43,544 nt of DNA from Gemmatimonadota bacterium (GCA_038128265.1 JAYPJE010000035.1:1-43544), one strand, 5' to 3'. Positions 34,327-43,544 are shown, numbered from the stretch's first letter. Notes: generated from the sequence alone by a model not told the origin. Program-made: numbers and translations.

Positions 34327-36795
34327 ATGAGTCCTTTTCGCGTGCTCCCGTTGTTGCTGTGGGCGCTGTGCTCGGCCGGAAGTGCCGATCCGGTCGCTTC
34401 CCAATGGAGCACGCCTCTGCAGGAGCGCGCGTTGCCGCCGCTGCCTTACAGCATAAAAGACGCCGTCGTCGGCCGCAGCAACGGCGCGCTGATCGTCGCC
34501 GGCGGCACCGGGGAGGACGGCGCGCCGAGCGCAGCGGTCTTTGTCCTCGAAGACGGCGCGGAGGCTTGGCGCGCGCTGCGCCAGGAGTCTCCGCTAATGG
34601 CAGCGGCCTTTTCCACCGTAGGGGATGCCGTCGTCGTCGTTGGCGGGCGAGACGGGGGCGGTGCAACGGCGCGGTGCCATGCTCTGCGCTACGTCGACGG
34701 TCAGTTGGTGCAGGCGCCTCTACCCGACCTGCCGGTGCCCCTTTACCACGCCGGCTTGGCCGCCATAGGTGATGTGCTGTATGTGGTGGGAGGACTCGGC
34801 GCGGACGGACGTCCCGTAGACGAAAACTTTCTCTCGCTAGACCTGAAAAACGCCGCTTCGTGGACGGTTCTACCGCGCTGTCCACTGCGGGGTCTGCATC
34901 GACCCATTGTCGTCGCGCAGGCCGAAGACGTGCTGGTCTTTGGCGGTCCGCAGCTGGTGGGCGGCGCCATGCGCCACAGCACGGATTCATGGCGCTATCG
35001 GCCCCAAGCGCTCGATGCGACCACGCAGCGGGGTTGGCTCGACATGAGCGACTTTCCGGCGCCGTGGTATCGGGCGGCGGCCTTTGCCACGGGACAGTCG
35101 CACGTTATGCTGCTGGGCGGTCCACCCGGCACCGAGCTGAGCGAGCGCATCGTCGTCTACCACGCGATTACTGACGCCTATGCAATCAACGCGGCTTGGA
35201 GCGGCGACGTCGCGCTGCCCGTTGCCGTGCGCGACGGAAAAGAGACGGTCTATCTGGTTGGCACCGATCGCGCGCTGCGCGCGGACCTGCAGCCCACCAA
35301 CAGGCGGCTGCACGCGCTTGACTACGCCGTTATAGCGCTCTACTTAGCTGCGATTTTAGGCATTGGGCTCTTTTTCGCACGGCGCGAAAAGACGACGCAG
35401 GACTTTTTTCTCGGCGGGCGCCGCGTGCCCTGGTGGGCCGTCGGCATCAGCCTATACGCCACGGGCACCAGCGCCATCAGTTTTATGGCCATACCGACCA
35501 AGGCGTGGACTACCAGCACGCTCTACGGAGTTGAGGGGTTGGTGGGGCTGCTCGGCACGGTGGCCGCCGCCTACTTGGTCATTCCCATCATACGTCGTCT
35601 CGACGTTACCTCGACGTACGAGTATTTGGAGCGGCGCTACAACGCCTGGCTGTGCATGTGGGGTAGTGGGCTCAATATCGTCTTTCAACTGGCCGGGCGC
35701 ATGAGCGTAGTGCTGTTGCTGCCCGCGCTAGCTCTATCGGCGGTGACGGGCGTCCCGGTGCTGCCGATCATAGCTGCGCTGGGGGCCTTGGCCACGGTAT
35801 ACACGGTAGCCGGGGGACTGTCGGCGGTGATTTGGACGGACGTCATACAGGTCGTGGTGCTACTAGGTGGGGCACTGATGGCCTTTCTGGTTATGATATT
35901 TGGCAGCGAGGGGGGCGCTTCTGGCTGGCTGCAGATCAGTCTGGACTATGAAAAAATCCGCCTGGCCGACTTTTCTTTCGACTATGCTCAGCCGGTGATT
36001 TGGATCGTGATGCTCAACGCCCTATTGCACGTTGGCACGGCGACGTCCGACCAGGTGATGGTGCAGCGCGTGTTGGCTACGCCAGACGTCCGCAGCGCGC
36101 GGCGCTCATACCTGACGCTGGCTCTTATCGTGCTGCCCGGCAGCCTGCTTTTCACCTTTTTGGGCACGGCGATGTTTGGCTACTTTCGCTTCCATCCCGA
36201 AATGCTCGATCCGACGATGGAAAATATTCACGCGCTGCCGCTGTTTATCGTCTACGGCCTGCCCGACGGCGTATCAGGGCTGGTCATCGCCGGCCTGTTT
36301 GCCGCATCGATGTCGAGCTTGGATTCCAGTATGAACAGCGTCTCGACGCTGCTGGTCACGGATTTTTACCGCCGCTTTCGACCGCACGCCAGCGACGCAC
36401 AGCGGCTGGCACTGGGCAAGTGGCTCACCGCGGCGGTGGGTGTCTTTGGCACGAGTGCGGCGCTGCTGATGGCGACGACGGAAATCAAGTCGATGTTCGA
36501 TATGTGGAGCCAGCTGGTCGCGCTGATTCTGGGCGGCTTTGGCGGCGTCTTTGCATTGGGTATGTTTACGCGCCGGGCTAATGGGTGGGGTGCGCTGCTG
36601 GGCGCAGTGTCGAGTATCGGTATCACTGCGGCGGTTAAGGCGTACACCGACATACACTTTATGGCCTACGGTGCAGTGGCAATCATCGCCTGCATCGCCA
36701 TAGGCTACGTCGCCAGTTTGATCCTGCCGCACCGAGCGGTAGATCTGGATGGCCTGACCATTTATACGATGCGCGAAGAGAGAGAAACGGTGTGA
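34327..36795 (+). CDS. Sodium:solute symporter (SiaT-like) fused to an N-terminal periplasmic Kelch-repeat (NanM-like) domain
   Basis: ATG 34327 gives a signal peptide; Kelch motifs LIVAGG, VVVVGG, LYVVGG, VLVFGG, VMLLGG; SSS motifs DFFLGGRRVPWWAVGIS, YEYLERRY, YTVAGGLSAVIWTDVIQ, DQVMVQR, GLVIAGLFAASMSSLDSSMNS. Confidence 0.9.
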   Translation: MSPFRVLPLLLWALCSAGSADPVASQWSTPLQERALPPLPYSIKDAVVGRSNGALIVAGGTGEDGAPSAAVFVLEDGAEAWRALRQESPLMAAAFSTVGDAVVVVGGRDGGGATARCHALRYVDGQLVQAPLPDLPVPLYHAGLAAIGDVLYVVGGLGADGRPVDENFLSLDLKNAASWTVLPRCPLRGLHRPIVVAQAEDVLVFGGPQLVGGAMRHSTDSWRYRPQALDATTQRGWLDMSDFPAPWYRAAAFATGQSHVMLLGGPPGTELSERIVVYHAITDAYAINAAWSGDVALPVAVRDGKETVYLVGTDRALRADLQPTNRRLHALDYAVIALYLAAILGIGLFFARREKTTQDFFLGGRRVPWWAVGISLYATGTSAISFMAIPTKAWTTSTLYGVEGLVGLLGTVAAAYLVIPIIRRLDVTSTYEYLERRYNAWLCMWGSGLNIVFQLAGRMSVVLLLPALALSAVTGVPVLPIIAALGALATVYTVAGGLSAVIWTDVIQVVVLLGGALMAFLVMIFGSEGGASGWLQISLDYEKIRLADFSFDYAQPVIWIVMLNALLHVGTATSDQVMVQRVLATPDVRSARRSYLTLALIVLPGSLLFTFLGTAMFGYFRFHPEMLDPTMENIHALPLFIVYGLPDGVSGLVIAGLFAASMSSLDSSMNSVSTLLVTDFYRRFRPHASDAQRLALGKWLTAAVGVFGTSAALLMATTEIKSMFDMWSQLVALILGGFGGVFALGMFTRRANGWGALLGAVSSIGITAAVKAYTDIHFMAYGAVAIIACIAIGYVASLILPHRAVDLDGLTIYTMREERETV

Positions 36796-38330
36796 AGGGC
36801 ACGGGAAGGAATACGCGAATCTTAGCTAAGAGCCTAGCTGCTATTGCTCCATCGCTGCTCTTTTTAATTGCCCTCGAGCTAGTCTGCCTGTGGTGGGAAA
36901 AACGCGATCCGCCGTCGATAGAGCTCCCGCAGTTACCGCTTGAATTTGCTGCTAAAAAGCCGGACGAGATTCGCCTGCTATTCTACGGCGGCTCTACAGT
37001 AGCAGGTCAGCCGTTACCCGAACTGGGTTTTCGCAAGCAGATGCAATACTACTTTTCAAGAGGTGTAGATGCTCGCGCGGATCGCCATTTCACATTGGCA
37101 AATTTCGGCATGGTTAGCGCGAGTTCGACGTACGTGATTTATCGCATGGAACAGACGCTACGAAAGAGCGAGGGTGATGTGGCTGTCGTGATGACAGCAC
37201 ACAACGAATTTCTTTCCAATACGGACCTAGTCCGCGACGAGTATGCACAGCTACTGGCTATACGCGAGCAATTTTTTCGCTTTGCCCTGCTCCGACGGGC
37301 TCAGCGGTACGTCAATCGCTACTATCTAGCGCGGCGTCCCGAATTTGTACAGGGACGGGAATTACAACCCTTTGACCGAACCAGTGAGCGTTTTAGGCAA
37401 CGCATAGAACTGTTCCGTGATAACATAGAGACCATAGTTGATATGACGCGTGCAGTGGGCATGCCACTGGTCTTGTGCACGATGCCTTCCAACGTGCGGG
37501 ACTGGCCTCCCTCGCGTAGCGGCGGTGGTTTTGTTTACAGCGATACGTCCTATGCCAACGTGCTGCGGGAAATGCACCGAGGCTTACAAGCTGGCGCTAG
37601 TGAACGCGTGCGCGATGCGTCACGTGCGCTATTGGCAGACCGGTCTGATGATGCACTTGCAATGTACTATCTCGGCAAAGCACAGTGGGCATTGAGTGAG
37701 GGAGAAGAAGCAGCGCAATGGTTGCAACGCGCTAAAGAGTCAGATCCGTTTCCCTTCAGGGCGCTTGACGAGTTGAACGATATTGTGCGCGCTCAGCGGG
37801 GTCGGGATGGCGTTTTTGTAGTTGATATCGACGCCGAATTTAAACGCGCTGCTGAAGGAGGCCTGCCCGGGCTTGAGCTCTTTGCAGACAACTGTCACCC
37901 TTCACCAATGGGTAATTTTTTGATTGCTAGAGCTCTTATTGAAGAATTGCGTAGCATGGGTTTAGTTGAAGACAGTGAACATCCAAAAGTAGCAGATATG
38001 GATAACTTTCTGCGTGCAACTGGGGCACAAGATCCTGCGCTGCAGGTGAGGTACTACCTTGAGAATGCCCGCTATGCCATGAAACCGCCATTTTTTAATT
38101 TTGCGGGCGCACGCTGGAATTTGAAAGAGGCGCTCAAGCGCGATAAGAAAAACTGGCATGTGTGGGCGAATATGGCGACGATTTCATTGTTAGATGGCGA
38201 TGTAGCGACTGGGCGACAGGAGTTGACAAAGGCATATCAACTGCGCGGCCAGCGCTTTGACCTCGATGATCGTTCCGCACACCCGTTGCTGCGCGAAGCG
38301 TTGGAACAGGCCGGATTACAGGTTGAGTGA
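36792..38330 (+). CDS. Membrane-anchored SGNH/GDSL hydrolase-like protein with TPR segments
   Basis: N-terminal TM (LLFLIALELVC); SGNH blocks LFYGGST, NFGMVSASS, VMTAHNEF, FADNCHPS; TPR-like AMYYLGKAQW. GTGA overlap with the symporter stop. Confidence 0.75.
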   Translation: MKGTGRNTRILAKSLAAIAPSLLFLIALELVCLWWEKRDPPSIELPQLPLEFAAKKPDEIRLLFYGGSTVAGQPLPELGFRKQMQYYFSRGVDARADRHFTLANFGMVSASSTYVIYRMEQTLRKSEGDVAVVMTAHNEFLSNTDLVRDEYAQLLAIREQFFRFALLRRAQRYVNRYYLARRPEFVQGRELQPFDRTSERFRQRIELFRDNIETIVDMTRAVGMPLVLCTMPSNVRDWPPSRSGGGFVYSDTSYANVLREMHRGLQAGASERVRDASRALLADRSDDALAMYYLGKAQWALSEGEEAAQWLQRAKESDPFPFRALDELNDIVRAQRGRDGVFVVDIDAEFKRAAEGGLPGLELFADNCHPSPMGNFLIARALIEELRSMGLVEDSEHPKVADMDNFLRATGAQDPALQVRYYLENARYAMKPPFFNFAGARWNLKEALKRDKKNWHVWANMATISLLDGDVATGRQELTKAYQLRGQRFDLDDRSAHPLLREALEQAGLQVE

Positions 38331-38461
38331 AACGCACCGGCGCGTCCGTGCGACGGTATAAAAATTTGGCAATCAATAATGCATGTACACTCAGTAACTC
38401 ACGAGTCGCCAAGCGAAATCCGTATAGCCATTAGTTGTTCACATCGGACGAAAGGAACACC

Positions 38462-39091
38462 ATGAATACGCTCGAACTCACACCTCCTGCCGGCGCCGTG
38501 CGCCTGCTCAATGACGACCTAAGTAACTGGACGACGCGCGACGGCCAGCCGACCGGCTGGCGCCTCGAGGACGGCGTTGCACACGTGGTTCCCGGAACCG
38601 GCGACATAATGACGAGAGAGCGCTTTACGGACTTCTACCTGCACCTCGAATTTCGCTGTCCTGACATGCCGGAAGCCACCGGACAGGCCAAGGGCAACAG
38701 CGGCGTATTTCTCCAGGGGCGCTACGAGATTCAAGTGCTCGACTCCAGCGGGTTCGCCGTGCCGGGCAAGGGCGACTGCGGGGCAATCTACAACCAGTTT
38801 GCGCCGTTGGTTAATGGCTGCAAGGCCGCGTTGGAGTGGCAGACCTACGACGTTTTTTTTCGCGCACCGCGCGAGGGAGAGCACGTCGGGCCGCGCCTGA
38901 CGGTGCTGCACAACGGACTGCTTATTCACAACAACGTAGAGCTGCCCGGAGTGACGGGCGCGGCGCTCGATGAGGAGATATATGCGCCGGGTCCGCTGCT
39001 GCTACAGGACCACAGCGATCTGGTGTGCTATCGAAATATTTGGGCGGTGGAACTGCCGCTGAGCGGATCGGAGACCTACGAACCCAGATAA
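38462..39091 (+). CDS. DUF1080 / 3-keto-disaccharide hydrolase family protein
   Basis: DFYLHLEFRCP, GNSGVFLQGRYEIQVLDS, CGAIY, WQTYDVFFRAP, TVLHNG, GPLLLQDH..VCYRNIW. ATG 38462 with AAGGA RBS. Confidence 0.92.
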   Translation: MNTLELTPPAGAVRLLNDDLSNWTTRDGQPTGWRLEDGVAHVVPGTGDIMTRERFTDFYLHLEFRCPDMPEATGQAKGNSGVFLQGRYEIQVLDSSGFAVPGKGDCGAIYNQFAPLVNGCKAALEWQTYDVFFRAPREGEHVGPRLTVLHNGLLIHNNVELPGVTGAALDEEIYAPGPLLLQDHSDLVCYRNIWAVELPLSGSETYEPR

Positions 39092-39101
39092 GCAGGGCGC
39101 A

Positions 39102-39575
39102 CTAGTCGGCAGCGTTTTGCGACAGGCGCTCGATGACGGCTAGCGCATCACCGCTATGGCGGCGCGCGAAAAGAGCCGAGTCGAATACGTGCCGCACAAT
39201 ACCTTGCCGATCGATGACAAAGGTTATGCGGCCCGGTAGCAGGCCCCACACCTTGTCGACGCCGTAGGCGGCGCGAAGGGCACCGTCGGCGTCGCTGACG
39301 AGGGGAAAGGGCAGGTCGTGGTGCTGGGCAAAGCGGCGATGGCTATCGCCCGAGTCGGCGCTGACGCCAACGACGGCCGCGCCGGCTTCGACAAAGTCGG
39401 CGTAGTCGTCGCGGAATGCGCAGGCCTCGGCCGTGCAGCCGGGCGTAAAGTCACGCGGATAGAAAAACAGCACGACGGCACCCTGCTCCAGCAGTTCTGC
39501 CAAGCGGAGCACGGTGCCGTCGTGCGTTTCGGTGCTGAAGTCGGGCGCCTGCGCGCCGACGGTTAAGGCGCCCAT
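39102..39575 (-). CDS. bcp: Peroxiredoxin Bcp/PrxQ
   Basis: APDF, VVLFFYPRDFTPGCTAEACAFRD, GRITFVID. Confidence 0.93.
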   Translation of the reverse strand: MGALTVGAQAPDFSTETHDGTVLRLAELLEQGAVVLFFYPRDFTPGCTAEACAFRDDYADFVEAGAAVVGVSADSGDSHRRFAQHHDLPFPLVSDADGALRAAYGVDKVWGLLPGRITFVIDRQGIVRHVFDSALFARRHSGDALAVIERLSQNAAD

Positions 39576-39576
39576 C

Positions 39577-40017
39577 TCAGATGGTTACCTGGCGATCCAT
39601 GCAGTAGAAGTTGTTGTCCGTCTCCTGAATTTCCACCTCGATGTGGTATTCGATACCCTCGCCGGGAAAGAGCTTGGCCAGCAGGTCGACCGCTTCGTTC
39701 AGACAGTAGAGTGCGACATTCTCTACGCTGGGGTTTTCGCCGGGTATGACGACGACGCCCTGCGGATCGAATACTTCGGGCTGTTGAAAAAGGGTATCGC
39801 GCGCGCTGATAAGCATCTTGTGATCGAGAAATTTGAAGATGCCCTTGAGGGCGCCAAAGTCGACGGTCATATCGAGTTTTTCATGGCGGGGAAAGCGCTC
39901 GGCTCGCACGGTGAAGCGACCCCTCCAAGTATGGCCGTGCACCCAGGCGCATTTGCCTTCGTAGTCGAGCTGGCGATGTCCGGCGTGAAAGTGGCTGTGT
40001 GCTCGTATCGTCTCCAT
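39577..40017 (-). CDS. queD: 6-carboxytetrahydropterin synthase / 6-pyruvoyl-tetrahydropterin synthase family
   Basis: FHAGHR, CAWVHGHTW (CxxxHGH), VDFGALK, LDHKML, NPSVEN, QET. Confidence 0.85.
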   Translation of the reverse strand: METIRAHSHFHAGHRQLDYEGKCAWVHGHTWRGRFTVRAERFPRHEKLDMTVDFGALKGIFKFLDHKMLISARDTLFQQPEVFDPQGVVVIPGENPSVENVALYCLNEAVDLLAKLFPGEGIEYHIEVEIQETDNNFYCMDRQVTI

Positions 40018-40024
40018 AGTGCAC

Positions 40025-40627
40025 CTAATCCAACATCGAAACGGCTTGGTTGCGCAGGTCGGCGTCTGTCTTGAAGTCGCCGGTGGCCACGCGGGTACGC
40101 GTAGAAGAGCAGGCGTCGCGCACGCCGCGCACGCGCATGCAGGTGTGCTCGGCGACGAGGTCGACCAACACGCCGACGGGGCTGAGGCGCATCATCACCT
40201 CGGCCGTTTCGGACGTGATCCGCTCCTGGATTTGCGGGCGCTTGCACAACTCGTTGACCACGCGCGAAATCTTCGATAAGCCTGTAATTTGCTCGCCCGG
40301 CAGATAAACCACCTGGGCCGTGCCAAAGAAGGGTAGCAGGTGGTGTTCGCAAAAGGCGGAGAAACTGCAGCGCACGGATACCAGGCCAGGGTTGGCCGGC
40401 GCGTCAAACGGCTTCAGGTGCTGCGCCGCGTCTGCGATGGGATCTTCGCTGTGGTTGAAGTGCTCCAAGTGGACGCGGGCAACGCGCTGCGGCGTCTCTA
40501 GCAGACCATCGCTCTTCGTATTGTGACCGAGCATGTGCAACTGCTCGCGGATCAGATCTTCGTACGCATTTACTGCGAGTGTCGTGCCGTTGGTGCCGTT
40601 GATACCGTTCGTCTGCGAGGCGATCAT
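40025..40627 (-). CDS. folE: GTP cyclohydrolase I
   Basis: GLLETPQRVAR, FCEHHLLPFFG, GLSKISR, RPQIQER, AEHTCMRVRGV. Confidence 0.95.
   Translation of the reverse strand: MIASQTNGINGTNGTTLAVNAYEDLIREQLHMLGHNTKSDGLLETPQRVARVHLEHFNHSEDPIADAAQHLKPFDAPANPGLVSVRCSFSAFCEHHLLPFFGTAQVVYLPGEQITGLSKISRVVNELCKRPQIQERITSETAEVMMRLSPVGVLVDLVAEHTCMRVRGVRDACSSTRTRVATGDFKTDADLRNQAVSMLD
40583..40612 (-). repeat. Short 9-nt imperfect tandem repeat in the folE 5' end (T-N-G-I-N-G-T-N-G-T)
   Basis: Plus strand GTGCCGTT-G-GTGCCGTT-G-ATACCGTT, period 9. Confidence 0.6.
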
Positions 40628-40662
40628 GCGCTTTCTCCAGGATAAAGGGGTTTCTGGCCGAG

Positions 40663-40690
40663 AATATAGCGGCTATGGGACGAGTGTCAA
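40663..40690 (-). promoter_or_regulatory. Putative sigma70-type promoter of folE-queD-bcp
   Basis: Minus strand TTGACA-N16-TATATT (or N18-TATTCT) with an A/T-rich tract upstream; GGAG RBS before the folE ATG. Confidence 0.65.
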
Positions 40691-40902
40691 TGTTTTGTAC
40701 ATATAAAAATTAGACAATAAGCGTACATAATCGAGACAAACATACTGTGTGGGCTGTGATCCGAAACGGTATGACTTCTGCTGCACGCGTCGTTTGCCCT
40801 TTGGTCTAGCTCAATTTCTTCGTTTATCTTGCCGTGGTGCGCGGCCATTGCCTAAGTTACGTCACGCACTCCAGCACATATACTTGCCGACGGAGGTCAG
40901 CC

Positions 40903-41679
40903 TTGATAGAAGAGAGCCAAGTCAACGCCTTTGCCGAACTCGGCGCCGTAACGATTGACACGCCGCTCAGCGCAGCGGACATAGCTGGGGCTCGTGCGGC
41001 GGTTGGGCGCCTGCTGCCCTTCGATGCAGCATCCGGTCGCTACCGCTACTCGGCCACCTGTAGCTACTACGAAGAAGAGCTGCTGGACATCATACAGCAC
41101 CCCTTTTTTGAAGAGGTGGCCTGCCGGGTGCTGCGCGCCGATGCCGTGCGCTTTTTTCAGACGGCGATTTTGGCGACCTATCCCCAGCCCGAAGCCGAAT
41201 TTTCCTATGACCAGCACGTCGATCTGCAGTACGCCTTGTCCGACTTGGAGGCGACGCCGCGGCGCGTGGTCTGCACCTATTTTCTGTGGCTGACAGACGT
41301 TAATGAAAAGCGTGCGCCGATGATGTGGCGACCCGGCAGCCACAGGCCGCTAGCGCAGGCGTGGCAGGAACAGGAAGCGCTGCGCGACCAGATCCCGCGC
41401 GTTATTGGCATCAAGATGGACGACCTGCCAGCACTGGATTTCGTCCAGCCGCAGCCGCTGCTGGCGCGCGCTGGACAGGCGACCGTGCTCAGCACGGCCA
41501 TGGTGCACGGTGCCTCGCTCAACGTCGACCACGACGCGCGCATGGCGCTGGTGATGACGTTTACGGCGGCTGGCGTGCGCGTCAGTCTACCCGAGGCGCA
41601 GCAGCGCACCAAGGATGCATACGACGCCGAGCTGGGCGGGCGGCTGCGCCCGGAGCGCGCGCATTTGGTGGGCCGTTGA
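40903..41679 (+). CDS. Phytanoyl-CoA dioxygenase family Fe(II)/2OG dioxygenase
   Basis: TTG 40903 after GGAGG; QHVD (HxD), FLWLTDV, WRPGSH, AGQATVL..MVHGA, DARMAL. Confidence 0.85.
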   Translation: MIEESQVNAFAELGAVTIDTPLSAADIAGARAAVGRLLPFDAASGRYRYSATCSYYEEELLDIIQHPFFEEVACRVLRADAVRFFQTAILATYPQPEAEFSYDQHVDLQYALSDLEATPRRVVCTYFLWLTDVNEKRAPMMWRPGSHRPLAQAWQEQEALRDQIPRVIGIKMDDLPALDFVQPQPLLARAGQATVLSTAMVHGASLNVDHDARMALVMTFTAAGVRVSLPEAQQRTKDAYDAELGGRLRPERAHLVGR

Positions 41680-41680
41680 C

Positions 41681-42295
41681 TCAGTCGCGCGTGCGAAACC
41701 AGCCAGTTAGGCTCATGCGCTCGCGCGCGGACGGCAGCACTTCATGGTGGATGAGATTGCTCAGGAAACAGACGAGCGTGCCCCCCTCGGGATAGACATC
41801 CTGATAGAACGTCTCGTCGCTCGGGTCGGTGTAGAGGCGCAGGGCACCGCCTTCTTCTGCACGCCACTCGTTGTTCAGATAGAGGATGCAGGACACCTTG
41901 CGGTAGGCTACGGCGCGGAACTGGTCTAAGTGGCGACGGTAAAAGGCGCCGGGGGGATAGACCGTCAAGTGGCCTTCAAATTCGAAAAGGCCCAGGTATA
42001 ATTCGCTATTGATCGCTAGTCGCAGAGATTCCAGTTGGATCAGATAGTCCTTTTGGGCCGGGCTGGCATCGCTCTCGTCTAGCCAGAGCACGTGGTCGCC
42101 GCGCACTTCCGGCCGCAGGTGCCAGCCGTCGCCGCTGCCGACGCCGGCTGGACGGAAGGCGCGCTCGTTCCAAGCTGTTCTGCATTCGGCGGCCAGCGCA
42201 TCAACCTGCTGCGCAGAGAGAAATTGGGGTAGGATACACCAGCCCGGATCGGCTAGCGACTCGGCGATGGGCGCATAGCGCTCAGGCGTGCTCAT
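41681..42295 (-). CDS. 2OG-Fe(II) oxygenase (SM-20/EGLN prolyl-hydroxylase-like)
   Basis: VRGDHVLWL, YPPGAFYRRHLD, ILYLN..W...GGALRLY, HEVLP...RMSLTGW. Confidence 0.92.
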   Translation of the reverse strand: MSTPERYAPIAESLADPGWCILPQFLSAQQVDALAAECRTAWNERAFRPAGVGSGDGWHLRPEVRGDHVLWLDESDASPAQKDYLIQLESLRLAINSELYLGLFEFEGHLTVYPPGAFYRRHLDQFRAVAYRKVSCILYLNNEWRAEEGGALRLYTDPSDETFYQDVYPEGGTLVCFLSNLIHHEVLPSARERMSLTGWFRTRD

Positions 42296-42440
42296 AGGCG
42301 TTGCTATGGCGCACTAGGCAGCGCCTGCCGGCGAGGGGAGCCGTTTTATAGGCCTCTGAAGTAGAGAGAAAAATACGCGCTCAAATGGCTCTTGTCGACT
42401 ATCGAGCGCGCATGCGATAACTCAGCAACGGGAGAGAGCA

Positions 42441-43355
42441 ATGCAAGTACTCGACGCGCGAAAAATATGGGACGAGGCGCCGCACAACGCCTTTACGGAT
42501 TTAGTGCATTTCAAGGGCCGTTTTTTCTGCGTATTTCGCGAGGGAGAGGGGCATGTCTCGCCCGACGGGGCGCTGCGCGTTATCGCCTCATCCGACGGGG
42601 CGACCTGGGAGTCCGCTGCGCTGATTACCTCGGACCATTCCGACTTGCGCGACGCCAAGATCACGGTGACGCCGAGCGGACAGCTCATGCTGTGCGGCGC
42701 CGAAGCGCTGCACGATCGAAGCGTGCATACGCACCAGTCCCTGGCGTGGTTTTCCAGCGATGGCTCCCTCTGGAGCGAGCGCGTGGAAATTGGCGATCCC
42801 GACATATGGCTCTGGCGCGTTACCTGGCACCGCGGCGTGGCCTACGGTATGGGCTACGGCTGTGGGGAAGACCATCGGCGGCTGCGCTTTTATCGCAGCG
42901 AAGACGGCCATCAATTTCGCTCGCTTGGCGACTATTTTACCAGGGGTGACTACGCCAATGAAACATCTATCGTCTTTGTAGGCGATACGGCCCACTGCCT
43001 GCTGCGCCGCGACGGCGATGGGGCTACCGCGATGATCGGCACGGCCGCCCCGCCCTACAGCCACTGGTCTTGGAGGGATCTCGGCGCGTACTTGGGCGGG
43101 CCGCATATGCTGCTCCTGCCCGATGGGCGCTTGGTCGCTGCCGTGCGCATTCGCTTTGGCGCTGACGATCAACGGCGCACCGCGCTGGGCGTGATCGACC
43201 CGCAGGTCGGTTCCTTTCGCGAGGTGTTGGCACTGCCCTCTGGCGGCGATACGAGCTATGCTGGCATGGTGTTGCACGACGATAGGCTGTGGGTCAGCTA
43301 CTATTCTTCGCACGAAGAAAAGACGTCCATCTACCTGGCCACCGTGGCGTTTTAA
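42441..43355 (+). CDS. BNR/Asp-box beta-propeller, exo-alpha-sialidase-like protein
   Basis: HNAFTDL...FREG, Asp-boxes SSDGATW, SSDGSLW, RSEDG; GGDTSYAG; WVSYYSSHE. GGAG RBS. Confidence 0.8.
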   Translation: MQVLDARKIWDEAPHNAFTDLVHFKGRFFCVFREGEGHVSPDGALRVIASSDGATWESAALITSDHSDLRDAKITVTPSGQLMLCGAEALHDRSVHTHQSLAWFSSDGSLWSERVEIGDPDIWLWRVTWHRGVAYGMGYGCGEDHRRLRFYRSEDGHQFRSLGDYFTRGDYANETSIVFVGDTAHCLLRRDGDGATAMIGTAAPPYSHWSWRDLGAYLGGPHMLLLPDGRLVAAVRIRFGADDQRRTALGVIDPQVGSFREVLALPSGGDTSYAGMVLHDDRLWVSYYSSHEEKTSIYLATVAF

Positions 43356-43391
43356 CTCTGTCCAGCAAAGGCCCTCAACAGGAGCAATTGG

Positions 43392-43544
43392 ATGAGTGAA
43401 GGTCTGTTCGGTATCACTGAGGAGCGAGACGTAGATGTGCCCATGCGCGACGGCGTGCTGCTGCGCGCCAACGTATTCAGGCCGGCGGGCGATGGGGCAT
43501 TTCCCGGCTTGTTGCTGCGCACACCCTACGGCAAGCCGGCGGGC
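43392..43544 (+). CDS. CocE/NonD family hydrolase (N-terminal part, runs off the right edge)
   Basis: Not in the ORF track. Manual translation MSEGLFGITEERDVDVPMRDGVLLRANVFRPAGDGAFPGLLLRTPYGK matches the VPMRDG..L...RP...P....RTPY motif; AGGAG RBS. Confidence 0.85.
   Translation, partial: MSEGLFGITEERDVDVPMRDGVLLRANVFRPAGDGAFPGLLLRTPYGKPAG

Noticed and set aside
34094..34990. 298-aa Arg-rich minus-strand ORF
   Set aside because: Low-complexity off-strand translation overlapping the Kelch-symporter gene.
40628..40830. preQ1 or THF-II (folE motif) riboswitch upstream of folE-queD
   Set aside because: The likely promoter leaves only about 30 nt of 5' UTR with at most a 4-bp stem, and no aptamer consensus is visible. 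cmscan would settle it.

Overview
Gene-dense, GC-rich bacterial chromosomal segment. The gene content (several FlgD-Ig/'PNPFN' C-terminal-domain proteins, DUF4159, multiple phytanoyl-CoA dioxygenase-family genes, DUF1080, ASPIC/UnbV) suggests an FCB-group organism such as Ca. Latescibacterota or a relative; this is inference only. I found no rRNA, tRNA, CRISPR array or mobile element. The centrepiece is a tightly packed, co-directional 12-gene, ~20.6 kb operon (4021-24598) that looks like an uncharacterised envelope-spanning, ion-motive-force-driven machine. It encodes two exported FlgD-Ig/CTD proteins, three tandem paralogous ~900-1050 aa predicted outer-membrane proteins with Asp-rich Ca-binding-type loops, a 1078 aa TPR scaffold, a TonB-shaped membrane-anchored DUF4159 protein, a lipoprotein, a CsgG/FlgT-like protein, one ExbB/TolQ and two ExbD/TolR. 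It has no TonB-dependent receptor, TolB or Pal. The rest of the window holds a sugar ABC-transporter/CBM9/ASPIC-UnbV operon, a secreted PQQ-type sugar dehydrogenase, a Kelch-sodium:solute symporter fusion, an SGNH-TPR protein, DUF1080, a folE-queD-bcp operon, three Fe(II)/2OG oxygenases, an ankyrin-repeat protein, a BNR/sialidase-like protein and two edge-truncated genes missing from the ORF track.
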